A DNA stretch of 64,000 nt from Octopus vulgaris (GCA_951406725.2 OX597819.1:9858001-9922000), one strand, 5' to 3'. Shown: positions 34,300-48,733, counted from the stretch's first letter. Notes: generated by a model not told the origin, from the letters alone. Program-made: numbers and translations.

Positions 34300-35140
34300 T
34301 CTTTAGTAGCACAATATGACCGCAAATATGTGACCCCCAATTTTCATAGCTAAAAATCATTAATATATTTTGTCTTTTTATATAATGAGACTGCATGTAT
34401 ATTACTACAAAAGTTAGAAGACATAAAACACAAAAACTCAAATACTAAAACACAAACAATGGTGGGTTCTGCTTTTGCTCAGTAATGTTTGCATATAAGC
34501 TGTTGAGTGGGGAGGCAGGGCTGCACAGGTCTTTCTTCATAAAGAGAGTTTATTATTTCAAAACCACCAAAGTCTGATTTATCATCTCCAAATAATATCC
34601 AGCTATTTTTCTTGATTTAGTTTATCATTGGTATCCAATCTTTCATCCTCATCATCTAAACTTGAAGTGGTATTGGTAGCTGGCGAGCTGGCAGAAACGT
34701 TAGCGCGCCGGACGAAATGCTGAGCGGTATTTCGTCTGCCGCTATGTTCTGAGTTCAAATTCCGCCGAGGTCGACTTTGCCTTTCATCCTTTCAGGGTCG
34801 ATAAATAAAGTACCAGTTACGCACTGGGGTCGATGTAATCGACTTAATACCTATGTCTGTCCTTGTTTGTCCCCTCTGTGGGTAATAAAGAAATAGGTAT
34901 TGGTAGCTTCATCCTCATTAGTCCACAACAGGTTATCTTCTGTTCCACTCTATTATCGATGCTGGTCTTTTAGCTCTTGGAATCCATATGTTCGGGTAAA
35001 GTATCCAAGCTATTTTAACCCTGTGGCAAAAGTATCAAAGCCAGACATTTTGAAATTATTTCCTGCAATTTTTCCACTTCATCAGATAATATCCATGATA
35101 TCCAGTGTTTCATAAATTCATCCTTAACTCAAATGATCCA
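34300..35140 (-). mobile_element. Possible pogo-type transposase C-terminal fossil
   Basis: Minus strand 'GTEDNLLW' followed by an acidic tail; heavily degraded. Confidence 0.35.
34682..34895 (+). mobile_element. SINE family C copy
   Basis: TSD ggtattggtagct (34669-34681 / 34896-34908). Confidence 0.88.
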
Positions 35141-35249
35141 AAATAGTCAATTTAGATTACATGCATATTGGCTTTGTGTTTGACAGAGATGCAATCTTTC
35201 TAGTGAAACAACAGCAGGAGAAATACTTAGTTAAGTGTAAACAAACTAC

Positions 35250-36110
35250 CCTTGGCATTCAGAGAAAGTGTTTGACCGAATGTTGCACTCAATAATTTGG
35301 TGGTCATGAAGAAATTAGGTGTAGACAAATGGATTGTGAGAGTTGTATAAGCAGTGTATGAAGATGCAGTGAGAGTCCAGAGCGAATTTGAGTAGGAATT
35401 TAATCTGTTCAACATAGTTCTACTCACCATCACAAATGAGTTTAAGATCAACTGTCCACAAGAACTCTTATATGTCAATGATCTAATTCACATGGCTAAT
35501 CTTTATATATAAAAGAGAGGTTGTGTGCTGTCTGTCTCCTACGATTTAGATTCCTAACTACTCCCACATTTTGCGGTGCAGTTTAACCAAAACCGGGTAT
35601 ATTATAGTCATGATTGATATCGAGCCCTTCTGGGTATTAGCACGCATCTACGATGAGTCTACGATTTAAAAAAAAATTTACCATCAATTTTTCCAATTTT
35701 TAATGCATTTTTGGCATATATAAGGGAAGTAACTCTCTAAAAATTTATTATTAAATCTCAGAACGTAAAAAGCTACAGTAACACCCCCCCCCTTTGTGGT
35801 TAGCCATATTGAGATGGCTATTATACTTTACATTTCTAAAAATGCTTATATAGTTATTTCCCTTACAAACCCGAGCAATGCCGGGCAATACTGCTAGTTT
35901 ATAATGAAATTAGAAGAAATTTCAGGCAAGGAATCTAAACCTACAATCCAAGCATTCTCAAAGTGAACTAAGACTAAGGTGTTAATAGACAAGGAAAGAA
36001 GACGGGCTCCAGTTATCATTGGGGAAATGGCCTTGCTTGATATGCAGAAAAGGAGTAGGTATAAACTCCAAGCGCTGTACCCAATAAGCTATCAATACAC
36101 AAGAGATATA
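35250..36110 (+). pseudogene. Degraded RTE reverse-transcriptase fragment, split by a Helitron
   Basis: 'MKKLGVDKWIVRVV.AVYEDA' and 'CPQELLYVNDL' (YADD region), with stops and frameshifts. Confidence 0.6.
35500..35897 (+). mobile_element. Helitron H1
   Basis: A|TC ... CTAG|T termini; same variant as 20049-20428. Confidence 0.88.
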
Positions 36111-36132
36111 GTGGAATCACAGGTATAGTAAA

Positions 36133-36517
36133 TGGAAGCACTCCGTCGGTTACGATGACGAGGGTTCCGGTTGATCCGAATCAACGGAACAGCCTGCTCG
36201 TGAAATTAACGTGTAAGTGGCTGAGCACTCCACAGACACGTGCACCCTTAACGTAGTTCTCGGGGATATTCAGCATGACACAGAGAGTGACAAGGCCGGC
36301 CCTTTGAAATACAGGTACAACAGAAACAGGAAGTAAGAGTGAGAGAAAGTTGTGGTGAAAGAGTACAGCAGGGATCACCACCATCCCCTGCCGGAGCCTC
36401 GTGGAGCTTTAGGTGTTTTCGCTCAATAAACACTCACAACGCCCGGTCTGGGAATCGAAACCGCGATCCTATGACCGCGAGTCCGCTGCCCTAACCACTG
36501 GGCCATTGCGCCTCCAC
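36133..36517 (-). mobile_element. SINE family A copy
   Basis: Near-identical to 512-897; TSD aggtatagtaaat. Confidence 0.9.
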
Positions 36518-37006
36518 ATAGGTATAGTAAATGTAGTGGAACAATGAGTAGTATAAACATATTAGAAATAGACTCTTAATTGTCTGAACCCCTTCTACAC
36601 AACTGCTTTACCACTTTCACCATTCTTCGACTCCCTTTCTCACTAACCCGATACTAATCCCTTCCTTTTCCTTTATCCCTTCTACACTCCCTGCCCCTAT
36701 AGTGCTCTCTCTACTATCACACTCACAACTATAAATCGGTTCCTCTCTTCATGCTTCACCCTCTCATCAATCTCCTTTAGTTATAAGGGCCACTTTAGGC
36801 AAGTTGCAAGGTGATCGCACCTGTACAGGTACCACAAGAAAAAGCACTCAGTACATCTTGTGAAGTGATTGGTGTTAGTAAGGGTATCCAATCATCAACA
36901 GTAAGCCAAAGCATTTGCATAGGAGAACAATGCAGCCCTGCAACTTGAATCCTGTCAAACCATCCAACGCAAGCCAGTATGGAAGAGGGGCGTTAAATGA
37001 GGAAAT

Positions 37007-37063
<57 letters not shown>

Positions 37064-37067
<4 letters not shown>

Positions 37068-37330
37068 TCATCATCATCATCGTTTAGCGTCCGCTTTCCA
37101 TGCTGGCATGGGTTGGACAGTTCAACTGGAGTCTGGGAAGCCAGAAGGCTGCACCAGGCCCAGTTTGATCTGGCAATGTTTCTACGGCTGGATGCCCTTT
37201 CTAACGCCAACTATTCCACGAGTGTAGTGGGTGCTTTTTACGTGCCACCGGCACAGATACCAGACGAGTCTGGCAAACGGCCACGATCGGATGGTGCTTT
37301 TTACGTGCCACCGGCACGGAGGCCAGGCGT
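37064..37330 (-). mobile_element. Family D copy
   Basis: Same core and tail; flanked by (TA)n and (GA)n. Confidence 0.8.
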
Positions 37331-37332
37331 GG

Positions 37333-37428
<96 letters not shown>

Positions 37429-38265
37429 CAATAAGAAAATGAAAGGGATCAATAAGTGGTCCATCAACTTTTAGACATTATGTCAATTTATTTATTTACT
37501 AAAATGACAATTACAAGAATATACATACTTTCTTGGAATTAAAATATATATATACACACACACACACACTCATGCAGGTACACATAATATATATGCAGTT
37601 ATGTTTTTACAGGGATATACAAACACAATTGTTTATTTGTAGTAAAAGACAATAAGATAAAAGAAAATCAGTGTGAAGTGGGGTGGAGAACCATCATTAA
37701 ACAAAATTGGAAATAAAATTTATGCTCTACGGTGAGGTAATTTAGGAGAGAAAGAAATACCTATATAAATACCTGAACATATTTTTACTCTTCGTTGATA
37801 CAATGTTTTTAAAAAAATGTAAAGAAAAAAACGATAAGAAAAACAAATGCAACATCTCACAGAAATACTGTCTTGTCAAGTCATATCAAAGCCAGTATTG
37901 TACATAGAAGAGGTATATCATAAGCTAATAGATATTTAGGAAAATGCTTGCATGATGTTAAAGTTCCAATTTTAAATTCAAGCTGTAAGAATCCTGGTAC
38001 AAGATAAGCATCTGTCTAGTTAGGTATAAGTGAAAGGCAATACAGTTGTGCATATCCAGAATAGACTAAGCAACATTATTATACATGTGTTGGACCGTCA
38101 CTATGAAAAGTAAAATGTACTTGAACAAAACAGTTAGAGGAAGTCTATGAGGGTTACTAAAGGAATATCTATGCTGATAAATCTGAATCTTTAAGTTTGG
38201 TCAGTGCAATGTAAGATTTTATTTGTCATTCAAGTGTAGTCTAGTGCTGTATTATACAGATTTCA

Positions 38266-38493
38266 TTAATCCTTTTGTTACTGTATTTATTTTGAGATGC
38301 TCTGTGTTTCTTTCAATTACTTTAAATATAACAAAGAATTTAGTAAGATATCTTTATTATCATTAAGCTAGTGTTCAAAACATAAATTGTGACTAAGGTT
38401 TGGTGAAAGATTTTAATTCCAAACTTATGAAAACAAGACATTTGTACTCACAGCCAGAGCCGGTTTCAGCCGGGTTGGTAACGAAAGGGTTAA
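38266..38493. mobile_element. piggyBac-like MITE P2, opposite orientation
   Basis: Reverse complement of 33270-33499 with TTAA flanks. Confidence 0.82.
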
Positions 38494-38949
38494 ACAGCTA
38501 CCATTAAATAGACTATTATCAGAATTGATACAGTTACAAGTAGGTACAAGATCTGAATTTGAGGTGGTTATGTTAATAAGATATTGAGTATTATTGTAAC
38601 TTCTGATGGGACTTGCAAAGATTTTACATACAGAATAATTAACTTTCATTTCATTTCATTTTCATTTCATCTAGTTTCAGCTCACGAGCTGAGGCCATGC
38701 TGGGGCACCGCCATTACAACATTTCTGTTGAAGATATGGTTCCTATAGTGGTTCTTGGAGAAATGCTGGAAATAAATTAAGAAACTCTTTTGCTCTGTTT
38801 GTTTTCCACTTAAACTGAAGATAAAATTGTATCACAATATTCTGCATTTTCTGTTCCAGTGCTTTAAGGCATGAAATTCTGACATATTGTATCTTCCAAG
38901 AAAATCTGTTTATAAGGGCTATACTGAAATAATGAAATACACTTATAAA

Positions 38950-39430
38950 GGTGCCTTCATCTAGAGACAATATGATGTGCCTAGTAATGGGCACATCATG
39001 TGAATGTCAAATCTTTCCCTGGTAAAGAATGTACAACCTAACATAGGTTCATGGCTAGTGAGTTCAGACTAGGACTCAGAGACACAAACCAGTCTAGAAA
39101 AGGAAGATATGGAAGCTTAAAGATCCGGCAAACAGAAATTTAAAGCGATTCTACTTCAGGCATTTGATGAAAAGACAGACACCTATAACATGAGAACCCC
39201 TGGAAGATGCTATGGGTCATCCTACTCAGATCAAATCTGTGGCTGGCGCAGACTGTATGTGGTGGAACAGTGAGGTTGACATAGCTTTAAAAGTAAAAAG
39301 ACAGGCTTAGAAAGACTTGGAAAGTGGAAACGGAAGACTATTCTATCGGGTGGCTAGGGAAGAAGCTAAGCATCAGATTTACAAAGGAAAGGGAAAAAAT
39401 AGAATGTATGAGGTTTGCCAATGTTCAACA
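38950..39430 (+). pseudogene. Degraded RTE ORF2 fragment (end of endonuclease/linker)
   Basis: 'FPGKECTT.HRF', 'WKLKDP' and 'WWNSEVD' motifs in shifting frames. Confidence 0.5.
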
Positions 39431-39735
39431 TGACAGTTACAGAAAGATACAGAGTGTAGATACTTCCATTGCATGTATTATGCTATTGTGTTTCAATCTA
39501 TAAACGGAAACAAATAGACAGGTCCTAAGTCAATAACATATTTCACCTCAGAACCAGACACTTTACACATAATGCAAACATATAAACACACACATGAATA
39601 CAGAAAGCTAGATATACATACACATATACATGCATTTATATGTACAAATACACATGTATGCATGCACATATGCACTCACACATGCATACATGTGCACACA
39701 TGCATGCATATGTACACACACACACACACACATAT

Positions 39736-40085
39736 ACTCTTTTACTTGTTTCAGTCATTTGACTGCGGCCATGCTGGAGCACCGCCTTTAGTCGAGCAAC
39801 TCGACCCCGGGACTTATTCTTTGTTAAGCCCAGTACTTATTCTATCGGTCTCTTTTTGCCGAACCGCTAAGTGACGGGGACATAAACACACCAGCATTGG
39901 TTGTCAAGCAATGCTAGGGGTACAAACACAGACACACAAACACATACACATACATATATATACATGTATACGACAGGCTTCTTTCAGTTTCCGTCTACCA
40001 AATCCACTCACAAGGCTTTGGTCGGCCCGAGGCTGTAGCAGAAGACACTTGCCCAAGATGCTACGCAGTGGGACTGAACCCGGAC
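39736..40085 (-). mobile_element. SINE family B copy, 5'-truncated
   Basis: Matches family B but lacks the A-box head. Confidence 0.8.
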
Positions 40086-40305
40086 ACACACACATATACA
40101 TACAAATATATTACTGGTACACTCATAGAGTTATCTCATATTTTATACTGCAATACAGAATAGATGTAAAGAATTTTAACCCAAATTATATGTATATTGG
40201 CAGATGTAGACATCTTGAAAGTATATAAGTAATACACAATCTTCTAGACAATACCAATCACTCAATCAGATAAATAGGTTGTGTATCTGCCAGACAGCCA
40301 ATTAC

Positions 40306-40534
40306 TTAACCCTTTCATTACCAACCCGGCTGAAACCGGCTCTGGCTCTTTAGTACAAATGTCTTGTTTTCATAAGCTTTGAATTCAAATCTTCCACCAA
40401 ATCTTTGTCACAATTTATGTTCTTAACACTAGCTCAATGATAACGATATTATTTTACTAAATTCTTTGTTATATTTACAATAATTGGAAGAAAAACAGAG
40501 CATCTGAAAATAAATACAGTAACAAAAGGGTTAA
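40306..40534. mobile_element. piggyBac-like MITE P2
   Basis: Matches 33270-33499 with TTAA flanks. Confidence 0.85.
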
Positions 40535-41260
40535 GTCTGTCCATCTACTCAACACAGTTGTCATTTTATCAGCTATACAGAAAATCAGTCAATCTAACAG
40601 TTATGCAGCTCATTCAGTTCATCTTTTAGATAGCTCCAAGACAATTCGCTTAGCTGTCGCTTAGCTGACAAACAGACAATCGCTCAATCATTTAGTCCAC
40701 TCAATAGTCAGTCAGTCTATTCACCCAATAGACAATAGTCTGTCAACAGTGAGTTAGTCCATCTACTAGTCAGACAGTTCATTTGATGCACAGACTGTCA
40801 GTCAACTTACCTACAATCAGTTTACCTAGAAAGACATTTAGTCTACATACCAAACAATCCATCTGCCAATCAAGTGGATTTCTGTACTTCCCAGATACAG
40901 TTATTATTCAGTCCATGTAACACAGGGCTGTCCATCTGTTAGACATAATCAGTTAGTCCACAATTAGACAAGCAATCAGTCTTTCTGCTACAGTCAGTCA
41001 ATTCTCCAGCTAGATAAATAATTAATCACTTTGTACATCAGCAAAGCAAATAAACAATCAGTTGACCTGCTGGACAGGCAGTCAGTCAACCAACCTGCCT
41101 GATGGTCAATCTGATTGCCTAACTGTCAGTGCAACCACCAAGTAATCAGTCCAAATACTAGTCTGATAGTCAGTTCATGTGATAGGTTGTTAGTCCAACT
41201 GTTGCAACACATTCCTTCAGTCTGCTTGCAAGGCAATCAATATGCCTAACATCATTCAGC
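40535..41260. repeat. Highly decayed (CAGT/AGAC)n-type simple-repeat region
   Basis: Recurrent cagtc, agtcagt and agaca words without a long ORF. Confidence 0.5.
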
Positions 41261-41797
41261 TCACCTGCTATGCTTCAATAAGTTGGCCACAGTCCACTGG
41301 GCAGACAGTTCACTTCTTTTCTGTCTTTTGCTTGTGTATCCAGAAGTGGAGAATGTAAGCTGTGCCACAACTAGTTCTCTGGGGAAATTACATGTGTAAG
41401 TGGGGTGCCATAACCAGAGATCAAACTTGAGACAAACTTGGCTCACTGGGATTCAACGAAAAGCAGTACAGACCCAGTAGCATAATGGATACTAAAAGGA
41501 AACTGAACTTTCAGCCAAGTGCTGAAGGCTGTGACAGCCAAGGGAAATCAAACATCCACAGCCCAGACTTTAGTCAAAATATGACATCTGGGAGGTTTTT
41601 ATTCATTTACAAAGTACAACAGCTACCTAACTGCTCTGAGACAGAGCAAACTCAGTGTTCCTCTATAAAGTCAGGTGCCTACTAGATATAGTAACCAAGT
41701 CTACTTAAATCACACCTTAATGTTTGAACAACTAAAGGACACAATTGGTAATGGTAATTTTAGATGAATCCAAAATGATGGGATGGTTACAACTAGA

Positions 41798-42058
41798 ACA
41801 TCATCATCATCGTTTAACATCCATTTTCCGCGCTAGCACGGGTTGGACGGTTCGACCGGGGTCTGGGAAGCCAGGAGGCTGCACCAGGCTCCAGTCTGAT
41901 CTGGCAGAGTTTCTACAGCTGGATGCCCTTCCTAACGCCAACCACTCCGCGAGTGTAGTGGATGCTTTTTACGTGCCACCTGCACAGGTGCCAGGGGGGT
42001 CTGGCATCGGCCACGATCGGTTGGAGCTTTTAACGTGCCACAGGCACGGAAGCCAGCT
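41798..42058 (-). mobile_element. Family D copy
   Basis: Same core and tail. Confidence 0.8.
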
Positions 42059-43226
42059 TGTTGAATTAGAATTTACCTGAGATCCTCTATAAAAACAACC
42101 ATAAGAAAAAATTATTGAAAATAACTTTTAAAAATACAATACGGATAACTGGACTGAATTTAGAGAATGAGTACAACTGTAGTTTCTGTAGTAATTAAGG
42201 TGAGAAATAAATTCGGAGAGGAAGCTGGTGTTTCCTTGTCGTATGCTGTATTTTTTTTAGCAAAATTTGTGTTCAGCTTTGTATTAAGCTAATGAAAGCC
42301 TTACCAATTGCAAAATGCTAACTTGGCACCCTGTATTAACTATTTATATCTATGTAAACTTAGTCACATACACAGCAACCATCAAATTACCAATAGTGAC
42401 AGGATATCAACAAGCAATTTGGCTAATTTTCACAGTTATCTACTGATAAATGGCGGTGCCCCAGCATGGCCACAGCTCGTGAGCTGAAACTAGATGAGAT
42501 GAGATGAAATATTTAGAGGAATACACCCAAACTCATTAAATGATCTGCAAGTGGTCAGATAATCAGCCAAATAAAAGAAAACCCGTAGAAAATCAATAAA
42601 CATTATTAGTAGCAATCTGACACCAACAAAGTAAAAGACACCATCTTAAATAACATAGCAGGACTAATTATAATAATGATTAGAAATAACAGTCATTAAC
42701 AGAGATACAAAATTATGTTTTCAGTATTTAATAGGCCCACTGGAAATCAAGAGACTGTATAAACAAGAATCTGACATCTATAAAATCAAAAACCCAGTCT
42801 TCAGCCACATGAAAATACTATTACTATTACTAATAATCCTTTCTACTAAAAGCAAAAAGCCTGAAATTTGGGAGTAGGGCACTAGTCGATTACACTGACC
42901 CCAGTGTTCCACTAGTACTTAATTTATCAACCCTGAAAGGATGAAAGGCAAAGTCGGCAGAATTTGAAATCAGAACATGAAGGGAGATGAAATACTGCCG
43001 GCAGTATTTCGTCCAGCAACTCACCACTTTATTACTATTATTACTACTAATAATAATTACTAACACTAGCACAAAATGTGAGGGCACTGGCTGTTTTTCG
43101 TCTCTGAGAATTATATTCAGCTCAGAGGGAGGAAGCACAAAGTTGAACCCAGAATATAAATAATTAAAAGCATTTTATCTAATGCTATTTTGATACTCTA
43201 TTTGTGATGTAATAAGCTACATGTAT

Positions 43227-43428
43227 ACTCTCTCTTTTACTCTTTTACATGTTTCAGTCATTTGACTGTGGCCATGCTGGAGCACCGCCTTTTAGTCGAG
43301 CAAATCGACCCCGGGACTTATTCTTTTGTAAGCCCAGTACTTATTCTATCGGTCTCTTTTGCCGAACTGCTAAGTGACGGGGACGTAAACACACCAGCAT
43401 CGGTTGTCAAGCAATGCTAGGGGGACAA

Positions 43429-43475
<47 letters not shown>

Positions 43476-43641
43476 CATATATACGTCAGGCTTCTTTCAG
43501 TTTCCGTCTACCAAATCCACTCACAAGGAATTGGTCGGCCCGGGGCTATAGCAGAAGACACTTGCCCAAGGTGCCACGCAGTGGGACTGAACCCGGAACT
43601 ATGTGGTTGGTTAGCAAGCTACTTACCACACAGCCGCTCCT
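43227..43641 (-). mobile_element. SINE family B copy
   Basis: Full-length match to family B. Confidence 0.85.
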
Positions 43642-44124
43642 AATATATTTACTTCAGTATTCTATTATGTGATTAGGTATGTTCTTTCAACATAATGGTT
43701 TCCTTGGATAAGTCACAATACTCACACATAGTTTCAATGTTGGCAGCATTAATATAGCCAAAGTGAATCAACAGCAACACATTACTGGTTATAATTTTTT
43801 ATCAAATGACCTACCCCAAAAAATGAAAAGGACAAATACAATTTTTTTAAGGCGTAACATTTTTTTCAAAAAGAGTCTCAACACTATTTCACAATGGCAA
43901 TGAAAAATTACAAACACTATTATTAACTGACTTCCCTCTGAACTCTTACAAATAGCTCCGTTTTGTAACATGTCTTCTCTACCAGTACTACCTCATTCAT
44001 TATATGCTGCTGTTTAATTGTTCATAGCAATGATAAAAGCTGATGGCCCTGTCTCTCCCCACTCACCTCTCAAGCAATAGCTTGTACCTTTCTTTCTACT
44101 TCTATTGCCTTTCATTCATTGCAC

Positions 44125-44521
44125 TCTTTTATTTTCTCTTTTACTTATTTCAGTCATTTGACTGCGGCCATGCTGGAGCACCGCCTTTAGTCGAGCAACT
44201 CGACCCCGGGACTTATTCTTTTGTAAGCCAAGTACTTATTCTATCGGTCTCCTTTGCCGAACCGCTAAGTAACGGGGACATAAACACACCAGCATCAGTT
44301 GTCAAGCAATGCTAGGGGGACAAACACAGACACACAAACACACACACACATACATATATACGACGGGCTTCTTTCAGTTTCCGTCTACCAAATCCACTCA
44401 CAAGGCTTTGGTTGGCCCGAGGCTATAGCAGAAGACACTAGCCCAAGGTGCCACGCAGTGGGACTGAACCCGGAACCATGTGGTTGGTTAGCAAGCTACT
44501 TACCACACAGCCACTCCTGCA
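44125..44521 (-). mobile_element. SINE family B copy
   Basis: Full-length match to family B. Confidence 0.85.
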
Positions 44522-45150
44522 CCTGTTCATGTTTCTGTAGAAAATCACACACTAAACTTTTTATCATCCAAAAGGCCTCCAGAAAGCTTCCAAACCTAGA
44601 ATAGGAAAGCCCCTTGCCCACAAGTGAAAATTTGCCTCCATTCACGTTTGAAAGTGTCCTATGAAAAACTCTCTAAAAGACAGATATGAAGGGAAAATGG
44701 TTTCAACCTTTGACCAAAACATCAACACAATATAAACTTCAAAAATTAAATATTCATTCTTTTTCTAAGCACAATAGCACCAACACAGTTAAATGTGAAT
44801 TTGTAATTTGCTCCAGTACTAATAAAAATAACAACCACTGCACTACAGAGTCACAAGAAATAACAAACAAATTTCCTTCAAATCATACCCTACAGTCTTA
44901 AAGGAAATACAAGACTGTCAAAAAATAAAGGCACCCAATGTAGAGAGTCTATTTAGCTAGTGTCTTTTTAGTGACAAAGCCCAGTAGCACAGAAGTACTT
45001 GAGACAGTATAACAATGCACTTTAAAACCACTTGGGAATGATGGACACTTAGTCCTAGTTTAAAAAGTTCTATTTAGGAGATGGAAACCTTCAAATGTTA
45101 AACCCCACAATATCTTATGAGCTTTCCAGGGAGAAAAACTACAGGTAGTT

Positions 45151-46310
45151 GATATACATACATATATATACATACAAATATATATACATACATACATATA
45201 TATACATACACATATATACATACAAATATATATACATACATATATACATACATACATATATACATATATATATACACATATATACATACACATATATACA
45301 TACACATATATACATACACATGTATACATACACATATATACATACACATATATACATACACATATATACATACACATGTATACATACACATGTATACATA
45401 CACATATATATATACACATATATACATACACATATATACATACACATATATACATACTCATATATACATACATATATATACATACATACACATATACATA
45501 CATACACATACTTATATACATATGTATATATATATATACACATATATACATATATATACAGACATATATACATATATATACACAGACATATATACATATA
45601 TATATACATATGTATATATAAATATATATATATATACATATGTATATATATATACATATATACATATGTATATATATATACATATATACATATATATACA
45701 CATATATGCATACATATATACATATATACACATATATACATATATATACACATATATGCATACATATATACATATATACACATATATACATATACATATA
45801 TACACATATATGCATACATATATACATATACATATATACACATATATGCATACATATATACACATATGCATACATATACATATATACACATATGCATACA
45901 TATACATATATACACATATATGCATACATATATACATATACATATATACACATATATGCATACATATATATATATACACATATATGCATACATATATATA
46001 TATATATACACATATATGCATACATATATACATATATATATATACACATATATGCATATATATATATACACATATATGCATACATATATATACACATATG
46101 CATATACACATATATGCATACATATATATACACATATGCATACATTTATATATATATATATACACATATGCATACATATATATATATACACATATGCATA
46201 CATATATATATACACATATATGCATACATATATATATATACACATATATGCATACATATATATATATATATACACATATATGCATACATATATATATATA
46301 CACATATATG

Positions 46311-46350
<40 letters not shown>

Positions 46351-46403
46351 TGCATACATATATATATATATATACACATATATGCATATATATATATATA
46401 TAA
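45151..46403. repeat. 1.25-kb compound (AT)n/(AC)n/ATGC microsatellite
   Basis: Direct inspection. It explains the long Y/I/H/T/M/C/V ORFs in the ORF track. Confidence 0.97.
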
Positions 46404-47119
46404 ATTAATTGTTATCGCCATATTAATATGGCATTCTTATAGTAAACTCTGCCTACTTTGACAAATTCAGTCCAACCCAAGCAAGCATGGAAAAATGGTA
46501 TTACATATATGTTACATATAACATCTTAGATTCTAGGCCGATTTGAAACAGAATCTACATTCCTATACAAGTTCCTTTCCTATTGTTCTTGGCTTTTGCA
46601 CTAAGAAATTTATGAAAGTAAACTGCCAAACTTAATTAAGTTCCATCGTTAACATTCTTAGATTAAATAGGATTCAGGCAGATAAGAGACGGGGGAAACC
46701 TTTTGTCTAGCCCAACCTAATTTAGTTATAGAAAATATCAATATGGAAACCAAAACCAATTCTACCTCTTTGCTTACTCAGTGATTAGCTGAAGAGCATC
46801 CATTGTCATTAATGGTGGTGCATCAGCATGGCCACAGCTCTGAGCTGAAACTAGAGAGACAAAAAAAAAAAAAGGTGCCAATACAACTTACACTCTATCC
46901 ACTTGCGAGCCCAGGGAGGTAGGACTCCTTCTCCCCAATCTTCTAGTAGTCAACAACAGATGAATAACAACCTACAGACAAGTACTGTGGATAATCAATG
47001 TACAACTCAAAGAAGTTGCATCTTACAGTGTAACAATGAAAATAAAGGGTCATTTCAACAAATTAATATAGTTCTTCCTCTCACTTTAATTGCTACACAC
47101 CACTATTATATATATATAT

Positions 47120-47720
47120 ATCATCATCATCGTTTAACGTCCGCTTTCCATGCTAGCATGGGTTGGACGATTTGACTGAGGACTGGCAAACCAGATGGTT
47201 GCACCAGGCTCCAATCTTGATCTGGCAGAGTTTCTACAGCTGGATGCCCTTCCTAACGCTAACCACTCCGAGAGTGTAGTGGGTGCTTTTACATGCCACT
47301 GGCACAAGGACCAGTCAGGTGGCACTGGCAACGACCTCACACGAATGTTTTTTCATGTGCCACCGGCACAAGTGCCAGTAAGGCGATGCTGTTAACGATC
47401 GCGCTCGAATGGTGCTTTTTACGTGCCACCAGCATGGAAGCCAGTTAGCCGCTCTGGCAACGATCACACTCGGATGGTGCTCTTAGCACTCAACTAGAAC
47501 GGTGCCAGTCATCGAATTTGATTTCACTTGCCTCAACGGGTCTTCACAAGCAGAGTTTACTGTCCAATGAAGGAAAGGTATGCATAAGTGGGCTGGTTAC
47601 ACCCCTGGCATAGGCCACGAGGTTATGGTCTCATTTGGCTTGCCAGGTCTTCTCAAGCACAGCATATTTCCAAAAGTCTCGGTCACTAGTCATTGCCTCA
47701 GTGAGGCCTAATGCTCGAAT
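47120..47720 (-). mobile_element. RTE-type LINE 3' end (family D, longest copy): ORF2 C-terminus, long 3'UTR with tandem units, (GAT)n tail
   Basis: Minus 47720-47631 translates IRALGLTEAMTSDRDFWKYAVLEKTWQAK*, an RTE-like 'DR..W' terminus. It is followed by ggtggcacgtaaaaagcacc units, ggaagggcatccagctgtagaaa and an ...aaacgatgatgat tail. Confidence 0.8.
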
Positions 47721-47723
47721 ATA

Positions 47724-48085
47724 TCTCTATATATATAAATGGCAAAATGTCTGCGTGTGTCCTTAATACAAATCCCCAATTTTTCAGTTAGGGAGCTCAC
47801 ACTTTCTATGGTCATTCAAAACCGTCCAAGGGTGGTCGTGCACATCTTTACATTTCCCCAGTCACCCTACAAAGCCATTAAAAAATCAACAGAAGTGACT
47901 TTTTTGTGAATTTTCTATCCAAAACCCAATCAAAATGCTCGAAACTTGATACGCCAATTGAATGCCAGCTAGCTGTATGTGATTGGTCGGAGATTTGGAC
48001 AGTACTCACGTGTATGTGCACATGCATGCAGCTGTATATGCATGCACTAGCACTATGACCCGGCAACGCCGGGTCATAGTGCTAG
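47724..48085 (+). mobile_element. Helitron family H2
   Basis: A|TCTCTATATATA start; ends ..cccggcaacgccgggtcatagtgCTAG|T. Confidence 0.82.
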
Positions 48086-48121
48086 TATATATATATATAT
48101 ATAGTATTTTTACTAGTGCTA

Positions 48122-48170
<49 letters not shown>

Positions 48171-48733
48171 TACACATATATATTTACTTGTTTCATGCCT
48201 AATCTAAAACGTAAACTAAAAGGAAAGATATTTAATCAAAAGTTCGAGTGAGACATATAAGAAAAATTATTATTCTACCAGAATAGTGATATTTCTACAA
48301 CCTAAGAAAGACTTCACTAGCTACTTATCAATCACGAAGTATTTTTCACCAATACATCCCCTAAAAATTATATAAATAAATAAATGAAAAGACGCTAAAT
48401 CCGGAAAAGATGTCCGAATACCGGCGAAGGTATAAAAGTAACTACAACTGCTAAGTGTCCCAATAGCGGAAACTACATGATTCAAAAAGGACCACAACAA
48501 ATACATAGGACTATTTGATAGTTGTAAACAATTGTATTCAAGTGTCTGAATACTCCAGCTAATATTAGAATGCAAGGCAATAAAAATAAACAGAACATGT
48601 ACGCGCGTTTGAGGAGCTAGAAAAATAGCAAAAGCATGAAACGTCCACATATAAACGTGTTGCCTTACATTACAAGAGCCATTCTACATAAAAAAAAAAG
48701 ACACATCGGATAATGTGGCCCCTAGTGTATATA

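Noticed and set aside
45060-46461. Long ORFs of 270-420 aa in several frames
   Set aside because: They are translations of an AT/AC microsatellite lacking stop codons, not proteins.
46785-46855. Hammerhead ribozyme (CTGAAGA ... GAAAC)
   Set aside because: The two core motifs do not close a proper stem II and no stems I/III are evident. The GAAAC belongs to the mini-retroelement tail.
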